Below, piece after piece: positions 33,787 through 44,880 of a stretch of DNA of 64,000 nucleotides. The notes under the pieces are model-generated. The model did not search any database. It was not told the DNA's origin and worked only from the letters and a program-made list of their open reading frames with translations. The stretch spans positions 324,136,001 through 324,200,000 of the forward strand of contig OZ024742.1 in the NCBI GenBank assembly GCA_964016885.1, written 5' to 3'. This DNA is from Eledone cirrhosa. Taxonomy: Eukaryota. How positions within the stretch are numbered: position 1 is the stretch's first letter; every line of letters starts with the position of its first letter. The translations under genes and the position numbers were made by a program.

Positions 33787-34143
33787 GGTAAAGATAAGAA
33801 ACCTGTCCTGGCTATCACAGAGGCAGGACAACCACAACCACCAACACCACTACCACCACTAACACTACCAACAGCAGCAATATCATCATCATCTTCAATA
33901 TCATTGCTTTCAACATCATTGCCATCATCCCTGGTTCCAAGTGTCCCTTCACCAGCTCTTTCTTCAGGAACATCTACTACAGCAGTTGTCACCACAGATA
34001 CCAGTATTGTCACTCTACCTGTACCAGTAACACATCCACCTCTTCCAGGATCATCAACTGATGGTGATGTGAAACCACCCATTCCACACTCACCTTCAGC
34101 AGGGTTTGACATGTCACAACCAAACATAGAACATGAAGTTGCT
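33787..34143 (+). CDS. TAF2: TAF2 coding exon 13 (Pro/Ser/Thr-rich disordered region)
   Basis: ttag|GGT AAA GAT...GCT|gtaagt; 357 nt, open, phase 0/0, between confirmed TAF2 exons; no recognisable conserved motif. Confidence 0.8.
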
Positions 34144-34351
34144 GTAAGTAGAGCCCTATTTATGTGTCTATATTTTTAAAATGAGTTACTGGGAGAATGG
34201 ACTTACAGACCTGTCAACTCAAAAGAGCAAGATATCCCCATACCTCACAAGACATATACATAAAAGTTAGAGAAAAAAAAATAGATTGTCATCATCTATA
34301 TCATTTTTTAACATTCATCTTCCTTGTTACTCTTGATACTTTCTTTTATAG

Positions 34352-34984
34352 ACAAAGGATTCCTCTGAAGGAGCTGTGATTAAGATGGAAGTAGAGGACT
34401 TACCAGTACCACCAGTAGCAGCAACACCACCAGCAGCACCAGCAGCAGCACCATTACCACCACCACTGCCACCACCACCACCACCACCACTACTACCACC
34501 ACCACCATCATCAACAACAACAACAACAACAACAGCAGTAACAATACCAACAATATCAACAACAGCACCACCACCGATAGGAGCAGCAGTGGTCATTGGA
34601 GAGGAAAAGAAGGACATCCTGGAACCTAAGGCACCATTAACAACAACATCTGTAGCAGCAGCAGCAGCCGCAGCAGTCTCAGCTGCAGTTGCAGCAGCAG
34701 CAGCAGAAGCAGCAGCAGCAGCGGCTGCTTCTGCTTCAGCTAACACTGGCAATATATCCACTACCTCAATGGCACATGGAACTCCTTCAAAATGTGGCCC
34801 TGTTGCACCACTGCATCAGTTCCCTGTTCAGTCTGGGACAATAGAACAACAGGCTCGAGGTATCAAGAGGAAGGAAGAATCATCTCTGTCCCTGGACTCC
34901 AAGCAGAGCTATGGATCATTACCAGATCCTTTCTTACCTGATTATATGCAGCCAGATGATTCCAAGTTCAAATTGAAGTTTAAG
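34352..34984 (+). CDS. TAF2: TAF2 coding exon 14 (poly-Pro/Thr/Ala region ending KFKLKFK)
   Basis: atag|ACA AAG GAT...TTT AAG|gtaagt; 633 nt, open, phase 0/0, in frame with ORF 34376..35005. Confidence 0.82.
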
Positions 34985-35059
34985 GTAAGTTGTTGTTGGG
35001 GTTGAAAGAACTTTTCAGTTGTGTCAAGGACATATCAACCTCCTTAGTGCAGGTGCCAT

Positions 35060-38051
35060 ATTAACCTTACGAACTTAAGGATAGGTTTTACGAGTCCCTA
35101 ATGCACACTACTGCTCTAACAGACGACAATGACTTCCTAATCATCGCAGGAGATTTTAATGGACACGTAGGTAAACACTGCGACGGCTTCAATAGAGTAC
35201 ATGGAGGCCATGGGGTTGGCACAAGGAATGAGGAAGGATTCAGACTTCTAGAATTCTGCGACGCCAATGACATGTCGATATGTAACACAAACTTTAAAAA
35301 ACCCGACAACCACCTGATCAGGGGAGCACTCTAGTCAGATAGATTTTATCCTCATCAGAGGACGTGACAGATGGACGGTCGTAAACACAAAAGCCTTCCC
35401 TAGTGAGGAATGTACATCCCAACATAGCTTAGTTGTCAGCGACCTCACGGTCAGAACTAGACGAAGCCGGAAACAGAGGCCAACCTGGAGAAGAAAGATC
35501 TGGAAGCTGAAAGTCCCCTCAACCAGTAACAGATTTAAAGATATTTTACTCAACGCCTACGACAGTAAAGAAGAACAGATAGAGACATTTAATGTAGAAG
35601 AGAACTGGGAGTTCCTAAAAAATAACTTACTAGAGGCGACGGATGAGGTCTGTGGTTGGAGTAAGACCTCAAGCAGGAGGAGAGTGACTTGGTGGTGGAA
35701 CAATAAGGTAGATGAAGCAGTTAAGGCCAAGAGACAGGCATGGAAAGAATGGAAGAACAGGGGGAGCAGGGTACATTACATAGAGACCAAGAGGGAAGCT
35801 AGGCGACAAGTATACTTAGCTAGGAGGGAAGCAGAGGATAGAAAATTCAAGCATGTTTTGCAACGTGAGGACCAGAAACAGGAGGTATTCAAGATTGCGA
35901 GGCAGTGTGTCAGAGATAGTTGTGATGTCATTGAAGAGAAGTGTATCCGGAATGATAAAGGTGAGCTTGCCCTCACAAGTGCTGAGAAGAAAGATGCATG
36001 GAAGAGTCATTATGATAGATTACTAAATGAGGAGAATGCATGGGAAGAAGAGACCCTACCCCAAGTAGACCCTATAGAGGGGCCAGCAGTACAAGTCAGC
36101 AGCAGCGTAGTAAGTAAGGCAATCAAAGATATGAAGATGGGGAAGGCAACCGGTCCATCAGATATAGCTGCCGAGATGCTGAAGGCATCTGGGTCTGTAG
36201 GTCACACTATAACCACACGTATTGTTAACCAGGTAATACTAGAAGGTGTCATACCAAAAGATTGGTGCAGTAGCATCATTGTCAACTGCTACAAAGGTAA
36301 AGGCGATGCACTAGATAGAGGAAACTATAGAGGTATAAAGTTGATGGACCAGGTCATGAAAGTAACAGAAAGAGTTATAGCACAGTTGATTAGGGACCGG
36401 GTGAAAATAGATGAGATGCAATTTGGGTTTGTACCAGGAAGAGGCACCACTGATGCCCTCTTCCTTGTGAGGCAATTACAGGAAAAGTACCTAGCTAAAA
36501 GTAAGCCACTCTACTTGGCATTTGTCGACCTTGAGAAAGCCTTTGACAGAGTTCCATGTGCTGTAATCTGGTGGGCTCTTAGAAAACTAGGAGTAGATGA
36601 ATGGCTTGTGAAAGTGGTACAAGCCATGTATAGGGGAGCAGTCAGCAAAGTTAGGATTAGCAATGAGTATAGCGAGGAATTTAGCGTACAGGTTGGGGTC
36701 CACCAGGGCTCTGTTCTTAGCCCCCTCCTGTTCATCATAGTCCTGCAGGCAATAACGGAGGAGTTTAAGACCGGATGCCCATGGGAACTCCTGTATGCTG
36801 ATGACCTCGCACTCATAGCTGAATCTATGGTAGAACTAGAGAATAAATTCGAAACTTGGAAGCAGGGACTAGAAAGAAAGGGTCTCAAAGTCAACATCAC
36901 AAAGACTAAGGTCCTTGTAAGTAGACGAGAAAACAGAACCCAGATCCCCTCAGGGAAATGGCCTTGCTCAGTATGTAGGAAAGGTGTAGGTAGGAACTCC
37001 ATTCTCTGCCCCAAATGCAAACAATGGGTACACAAGAGATGTAGCGGGATCTCAGGAAGCTTAATTAAGAATGTAGGCTTCACATGCAGCAGCTGTGCTG
37101 AGACAGCAAACAGCCACAGGAAACAAGTACCACCAATCTCTGGGAGGGCTCTGTAGAAACAGTAGACAGCTTCTGTTACCTAGGTGACCGAATTATCAGC
37201 GTAGGTGGGTGTTCAGAAAGTACAATAACTAGGGTAAGAACGGGATGGAAGAAGTTTAGGAAACTACTACCACTGCTAGCTGTAAAAGGATTCTCCCTCA
37301 GAATGAAAGGCAGACTGTATGATGCGTGTATCCGAACAGCAATGTTGCATGGTAGTGAGACCTGGGCGCTGAAGGTGGAAGACTTACGTAGATTAGAGAG
37401 AAACGAAGCCTGCATGCTCCGATGGATGTGTAACAGTAATATACGTGAACGACAAAGCATAAATGAATTGAGAGAGAGACTGACCATAAGAGGAGTCAAA
37501 TGCTGTGTGCAGGAGAGGCGGTTGCACTGGTATGGACATGTGATGCGTATGAAGGATGACAGCTGCATAAGAAGGTGCAGAGCACTAGAAGTTGATGGAA
37601 ACCGCGGAGTGGGGAGACGCAAGATGACCTGGGATGAGGTCATAAAAGCCGACCTTACCCAATTACACCTCTCAAAGGCAATGACACACGACCGTGACTT
37701 CTGGCGTCACGCAGTAATACAGAGACCCGACCTCCCATGGGTACAAGCTGAAGCATATAGACAATATGCCCCCACACCCCCCACTGCAAGGTGGTCGTGG
37801 AGGTGCCACGGCAAAAAAGCACCCAGCCCACACTGTAAAGTGGACATGTAGGCACCACGAAAAAGCACCCAGCACTCACTGTAAATGAGGTTGGTGTTAG
37901 GAAGGGCATCCAGCTGTAGAAATCAAGCCAGATCAGTTCCTGTATGAGCAAGGCATGGTCAGCCGACCAGACACTGCCCACAACAGGACAACCCGTCTAA
38001 CCCATGCTAGCGTGGAAGAACGGACGTAAAACGGTGATGATGATGATGATG
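35060..38051 (+). mobile_element. RTE LINE (subfamily 1), 3 kb, APE C-half plus RT, disrupted
   Basis: IIAGDFNGHVG, QIDFILIR, QHSLVVSDL (APE); ORF 35684..37156 RT with YADD; PHD-like finger; (GAT)n tail. Confidence 0.95.
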
Positions 38052-38194
38052 ATAGAAATTGCTTCCCTTGACACTACATTATGTATTAAAGGGGAGATTA
38101 CTCTATAGGCAACATAATGCGCCTAGAGTGTTAAAAGGTTAAAATGCACCCAGTACATTCTGTAAAATGGTTGGTGATAGGAAAGGCATCCAAC

Positions 38195-38465
38195 CGTAGA
38201 AACTATACCAAAACTAGATTGTAAGTATGTGAGATGTGGACACCCATCCCACTGTTAAGAGGTCAGTAATGCCTGCTAAGTACTGAGAGTTGGCCTGTGA
38301 TGACCCATCCAGCTGTAGAAACTATACCAAAACTAGATTGTAAGTATGTGAGATGTGGACACCCATCCCACTGTTAAGAGGTCAGTAATGCCTGCTAAGT
38401 ACTGAGAGTTGGCCTGTGATGACCCATCCAGCTGTAGAAAGTATGCCAAAACTAGATTGTTAGTA
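38195..38465. repeat. ~118-bp direct tandem duplication within an RTE/SINE tail remnant
   Basis: actataccaaaactagattgtaagtatgtgagatgtggacacc...catccagctgtagaa occurs twice, with a partial third start. Confidence 0.85.
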
Positions 38466-39862
38466 TGTGAGAGTTCTTCTGTGATTATCCATCCGATCCA
38501 TGCCAGTATGGAGATGCAGGTGTTAAATGATGATGTTGATGATGAGGATGATACTGTATTTATGTATAAAGGTAGATTAGTGGTTAGGGTGTTGGTCTTA
38601 CAATATAAGGTTGGAGGTTCGATCCCTGTGCCGAGCAGCATGTTGTGTTCTTCAGCAAGGTACTTCATTTCACGTTGCTCCAGGTCACTCTGCTAAAATG
38701 AGTATCAGCAACTAACCTTGCAAGAGATTGGCATCCTGCCCAAGAGGATTGGAAGTCTTGGATTCTCAGTCACTTAAAACCACATGATACTGGAATAAGG
38801 GCTGATCTGATGTGTTTCTAGGCTTGAGAAAGACTGACTTTATTTATTATCATTCTGTGTTTGTGTGTTGTTTATGTTGTTGTATAGCCCCAGGTCAGCC
38901 CTGATTGAACTGACCTATGACCTAGAGGTCTTGTCATTGTTTTTGTTTTTTGTGGAAGACCAGCAGTTATCCATATATGCAAGTCTCTCTTCTCCACACC
39001 ACTGATGCTATCCAAAGGAAAGGCAAGGGCTGATAAACAATTTAGCATTTGTGATGTCACAGGCTAACTCAGAACAAATAGGCAGAAAGAGATACCACAT
39101 AGTATTATATCACACATGACACTTTAACAATTCTGCCAACCCATGCTCCTGGACTGGGACTTGACTTATCAATTCTGAAAATGTGAAGGGCAAAGTTGAT
39201 GTCAGTGGGATTTAATCTCAGAGTGTAATAAGACTAGAACAACTTACAATGCTTTGATGAGTTTGTTAATTCACTGACTTTGTATTTATCTATATTAATA
39301 CAACATAACAAGGATTTAAAGGCTATTTATTTACCCAGCTAAAGCAAGGGCTAGCCTTGTGGACTCCATGACAGGCTTCATACTTGCAATGGGATCCTTT
39401 TTGAGGCAATGTTTCATGCCCTTCTTAGCACAACCCTTTTAGTTGCCTCTCACAACACACAGGGATATGGTGTACCTATTCTAAACTGTATATATACAGT
39501 GTGGTGGAGTTGGGTCACTGACAGCAAAGTTCTTGTCATTGCTGGCGGCTTACCTTACTGGGTTGTCAGGTGATGCCAGTGAGGGTGCCTGGTTATTTCA
39601 GCACCTTAGCCTCACCATCACCTGTGGTAATGCTGCGAGCATGTTGGCTTGCCTCAAAATGTTTAGTTAACCCCCAAGATGTGAGGTGCAGCTGATTGTT
39701 GCACTTGGTGGTGAACCCCCTCCCCTTTTATCTTTATCATTATTGTTCAATGAGTTATATAGATACATACAGTATATTTAACTATATCAATCTAAATGTC
39801 AATGAATGTACTTCATCACACTATTATATATGATAAGAATTAATGAATTCTATTTTATCCAG

Positions 39863-40028
39863 CAAAAGAAAGTAGAAGAAGAAGAAGATTTTGTTGCACC
39901 ACGTACACAGATGTCTTCAGTGCCTCTGGAACGTTCTGGTTTAGAGTTGCCCCTCTCATACAATGATATTCCCAGCCAACTCAGTGAAGATTCCAGCTCT
40001 CCATCTTCATCAACACATACACTTCCAG
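39863..40028 (+). CDS. TAF2: TAF2 coding exon 15
   Basis: ccag|CAA AAG...CCA G|gtaaca encodes QKKVEEEEDFVAPRTQ...SEDSSSPSSSTHTLP; phase 1 matches the last exon. Confidence 0.83.
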
Positions 40029-40067
40029 GTAACATGGTCTTTATAATATGTATATCATCATCATCAT

Positions 40068-40350
40068 GTACTAGGTGCGTTTTGTCATGGCACCAGCACT
40101 ACCACCTTACTGGGTGGACTGGGTGTGTTTTATCATATCACCAGCGTTACCACCTTTCAGGGTGGACATGGTGTGTTTTCATATGGCACCAGCACTACCA
40201 CCTTACTGGGTGGACTGGGTGTGTTTTATCATGACACCAGCAATACCATCTTACTGGGTGGACTGGATGTGTTTTATTATGGCATCAGAACTCCCACTTT
40301 AAGAGTGGTCTGTGTGTGTTTTATCATGACACCAGCACTACCATTTTATA
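40068..40350. repeat. ~41-bp minisatellite derived from the RTE 3'UTR repeat unit
   Basis: About 7 units of gtgttttatcatggcaccagcactaccaccttactgggtggactgg; related units at ~18980-19170 and ~43660-43790. Confidence 0.8.
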
Positions 40351-40851
40351 GTAGAACACCGTAGAAGAAGGATAAGTACAGTTTGACAATGCAAAATTCA
40401 CTTTTTGCTTAATCTTTTTCATGTCAAAATACATTTTTTCTGTGGACAATTATATATCATTTGAAAGTTCTGGATGTAAACTTTCTTCTGATATACTTTT
40501 GATCTAAATCCGACACTTACATATCATGCCAGATCCTCTCAATCACCCTCTTATTTCTACACATTTATCTTTGTCCCATTTTTGTTTTTGGCTGCTGAGC
40601 GATAGCGCTAATTCTGGTTCAGTGTGTTATGGAGCACTATAACTCGATTTGTGTTGAAAATGTTGTAATCATGAAGAGGACTTGTTTTACTTTATTTTGA
40701 TATAAAAATCGAAGTGGATAGGTGAGATAATCATTATGAAATATAAAAGTGAAAATTTTATTGTTAATTTTTGACCATCTGTAAATCTCAGCTATATATA
40801 ATAAATCATTGCTACATTTTTTCTACACCTTTCTATTTTTTGTTTTACCAG

Positions 40852-41156
40852 ATATGCCACCCAACCCTAGTTCAGCTTCGTCATTTGGTGGGTTGAAGTT
40901 GATGTCTCAGTCGTCTCTGGACTTCTCAAGGCTTGGCTCCAGTGAGGAAAGTTCCGGTAAATTGCATAAGACCAAAAAGAAGAAGAAGAAGAACAAACAC
41001 AAGCACAAGCACAGACACAAAGACAGCCGTCCGGAGAAGTCAGACTCTTTCTCCTCTCGTGACAAAGACCGATCTGATTGGTCTCATTACAATTCTCCCG
41101 GCAGCAACTCTCCTGGAACACAGCCCACAAGCTCTCCAGAGTTCCAAGTTATCTGA
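40852..41156 (+). CDS. TAF2: TAF2 terminal coding exon with Lys/His-rich tail
   Basis: ccag|AT ATG CCA...ATC TGA; contains KKKKKKNKHKHKHRHKD, the characteristic TAF2 C-terminal basic/His stretch. Confidence 0.92.
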
Positions 41157-41479
41157 GAACAACATTTTAACAATGATACGACTGAGGCTGTTATTATTAA
41201 AACACCCAAGAAACTGCCTATGATGCAACCTTGTAGGAGGCCAGCTAAACCTACGTAGGTGTAAGCTGTAACAACAACATTTTAACAAGGACTGAATCTG
41301 GAACTAACTCAAAGCAAGGAACAGATTGTAATAAAACACTGAATTAAAAAAATCTCCTTGGGCGAGGGTCACTTTTGTTTTTATAGCAACCCTTCTTGAT
41401 TGATGACCTAAGTGACCCATAAGGTTCAGGGGTTGTGTAAATAAGTGAACATTCATCCATCTCATACAACCTGTAGGAG

Positions 41480-43100
41480 GTCACCTTTGCCATTCATCCT
41501 TCCGGGGTTAATAAAATAAAGTACCAGCCAAGTATTGTGGTTGATCTAAATGACTGACCCCTTTCCCTAAATTCCTGGCCTTGTTCCTATGTAAAAAAAA
41601 CAAATCCATTACCTTATCATAATTAAGCATATTAGTATTAGTTAATCATAAAGGATGGTGGGTTGACAGAATTAGTAGAGCATTAGATAAAATGCCTGGT
41701 AATATTTGTTTGCTTCACTATACTTCCTCCGTTCAAATCCTTTTAGTAACGGTTGTCTTGCCTTTCATACTTTTAGGGATCAATGAAATATAGTACTTGT
41801 CAAGACTGACGTCGATATAATTGACTGTAGCCTCTCTTTCAAAATATCTGCGCCCCTTGTAGAAAATTCAGAAATTACCATCATTAGACAAGACATTGAA
41901 TAACTGGATAAATATAGTGGTATTTAGTTACATCTCTTTACATTCTGATATCCAATCCTGCCAAGGTCAATTTAGCCTTTTATACTTTTAGAGGCCAATA
42001 AAATATAGAACTTCACAAAACTGCAAGCAGCATAATCAGCTATAAGTCTCCCTCAAAACATTTGTGCCATTCATCATCACCGCTAGCATGGGTTAGACGG
42101 GTTGTCCTGTTGTGGGCAGTGTCTGGTTGGCTGACCTTGTCTTGCTCATACAAGAACTGATTCTGGCTTGATTTCTACAGCTGGATGCCCTTCATAACAC
42201 CAACCTCATTTACAGTGAGTGCTGGGTGCTTTGTTGCTGTGGCACCTCCACGACCACTTTGCAGTGTGGGATGAGTGCTTTTTTGCCGTGGCGCCTCCAC
42301 GACCACTTTGCAGTGGAATGATAGGGACTCCAGTCCTATCATCTCATTTCTACAGCTGAGTAAACTGGAGCAATGTGAATTAAAGGAAACAACACATCAC
42401 CTAGTCCGAGAATTGAACTCACAATCTTTCGATTGCAAGCCCAATGCTCTAACCACTAAGCCATGTGCCTTCACTGTGGAAATTGTTATCATTATTAAAT
42501 ATTGAATGTGGCAGAGTTGTTAGTGTTGACTAGAATATTTGTTCTGGCTCCTTACATTCTGAGTTCAAATCCTACTGGGATCAGTATGATAAAATACCTG
42601 TCAAACATGGGGTTGAATGAATCAATTAATCCCTTCCCCGAAATTGATGGCCTTGCACCTAAATTAGAAATCATTTGAGAGAATTGTTAAAGTTTCAGAC
42701 AAAATACTTTGCAGTTCCAGCTTTTTGCATTCTGGGTTAAAATCTTGCTGAGGTCAACTTTGTCTTTCATTTTTCCGAGGTCAATAAAGTATCAGTTAAG
42801 TACTGGGGTCGATATCATCGATTTTCCTTACTCCCAAACTGCTGGCCTTGTGCTAATGCTAGAAAGAATTATTTCTCTATGAACAGAGGGTGGTGGATTG
42901 GCAGATTTGTTAGTGTTGAACAAAAGATTTTGCTGCATTTAGTTACAGCCCTTTACAATTTGAGTTCAAATCCTGCCAAAGTCAACTTTGTGTTTCATCC
43001 TTCTGAGATTGATCAAATAAAATATCAAGTACTGGGGTTGATTTAATCAACTTTCCCCTTCCATGAAAATTGCTGGCCTTGTTCCTAAATTATAAACCAT
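41480..43100 (+). mobile_element. Cluster of ~6 co-oriented degenerate tRNA-derived SINEs (family B) in the putative TAF2 3'UTR, plus an antisense family A/RTE-tail copy at ~42071-42472
   Basis: Repeated ttggcaga..gttagagc / tctgagttcaaatcc / ctttcatcct..ggggtc.ataaaat / gctggccttgt modules. Confidence 0.75.
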
Positions 43101-44349
43101 TATTTTTCCATGAAAGAAACCTAAGTTGTAAATAATCAACATTAATTTATATTGTTGTTTACTTGTGAAGATGCTTTTTCACTTGTAGTTCATGATTTTC
43201 AAGCCTGTCTGTTGCCGTCATTATTAACAGAAGAAAGAGAGACAGTTTTCAGTGTTATCCCCATCAATGACCTAATAACAATTATTAATGGATATTTTTA
43301 ATTCATTACAATTACTGTTGTATATATTTCTCCAAATTTGAAAGAATGTGATTCTTTATATCACCATAAAAGAAAGAAAAATAAACAAAGAAAAACCAGA
43401 AAGCAATTTCTTTTTAAATTCAGAGTCAACTATATGTACCATTTAATTTCAGAAAAGAAAAACTACTCTGTCTCCCAGTATATTTTTTAACGAATTATGT
43501 ATTGAAATTAAAGGTATGTAGAGCATCCATCTTTGTGCTTGATGCAATTTGATAGAAAGCTATTCTATAGCATCTTTGTACTACTTTATATTAACTTTAT
43601 CCTCTCAGTGCTTCGTAAAAGTCCGAGAAATTGAAATATACACGAAATTTGAACTATATTGGTGCCACAAAAAAGCACCCAGTCCACCCTGTAAGGTGGT
43701 AGTGCTGGTACCATGAGAAAAAGCATCCACTCCACCTTGTAAAATGTTACTGCTGATGCCATGAGAAAAAGCATCCAGTCCACCTAATAGTCCACAATAC
43801 ATATTAGTTCGCTCGGCACACCACCATGATCGACAACATCAAAAGGAACCTTGACACGCCTGGTTTCCCCATTACAACTGTAGCCTCCTGGCCTCAACTG
43901 TGGTAACGACAAGCGCCCATAGGAAGGAGCCCTATGAAGTGGAATGTCTGATGCAGTGGGTGTCACTAGCAGTCCTTTATTTTATCCGCGTGGTGCAGCT
44001 GATATATATCTCCTAGCCTCTTCTCTTTCATACTTTCGATATTTAATTATTTTTCTTTTCTTTTCATTTTTAATAGGAAACACCTTAATTGAAATCTGTT
44101 GGATAGTTTTTTTACACGTCTACATAGACAAGGGGGATAACTGAATTACTAAACAAAATGCAAGGAAGATAACTAAGATAATTTAGAAAATGTAAGGGAG
44201 AAAACTCTCCTTTTGTTTAGTTTCTACATGAATAAGAAGTAGTTCCAATGCTTTGTAATTCCAATGATGTTTCAGTATGTGTAATATCTCTTAAATTAGT
44301 GGTTCTTAAACAGGGCCATGACACCTCCTATGGGGCGTTGTGATCTCAC

Positions 44350-44880
44350 AAGAGGGAACTATTATATCGACCCTATACTCCAATACATAACTAGTACTAC
44401 ATTTATCGACCCCAGTAGGACGTAAGGGAAAGTTGACCTCTATGGGAGTTGAACTCAGAACAGGGAAAGTACTTAGGCACAAGGCCAACTATTTTGGGCG
44501 AAGGGAAAGTCGATTAAATCGACTCCAATGCATTACTGGCACTTTATTTTATCGACACCGTAAAGATGACAGGCAAAGCTAACCTCGGAAGGATTTGAAC
44601 TCAGATCGTAAAGCATGTCCGACGCTCTACCAATACTGCCAATCCATTGCCCTATTTTACATCTTATTATTGTTGCTTCATTGTAGAGCGGTGGATTGAC
44701 AATATCGGTAGAGCATCAGAGACTATGCTTTGCAGCATAGAGTTATGGCCCTTTACGTTCTGAGTTCAAATCCCGCCGAAGTTAGCTTTGCCGTTCATCC
44801 TTACGGGGTCGATAAGATAAAGCACCAGTAATGCACTGGGGTCGATTTGATTGCTGGCCTTGTGTCAAAACTAGAAACAA
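44350..44880. mobile_element. Family B SINE copies in head-to-head orientation (- at ~44350-44650, + at ~44688-44880)
   Basis: gcggtggattgacaatatcggtagagc...ctgagttcaaatcccgcc...catccttacggggtcgataa, with reverse-complement copies upstream. Confidence 0.75.

Noticed and set aside
33783-34761. Antisense ORFs 33783..34127 and 34327..34761
   Set aside because: Shadows of the triplet-repeat TAF2 exons; no independent splice or homology evidence
40068-40350. Regularly spaced ~41-bp repeats superficially like a CRISPR array (also 18980-19170)
   Set aside because: Units are contiguous with no unique spacers, match the RTE 3'UTR repeat, and lie in a eukaryotic intron with no cas genes
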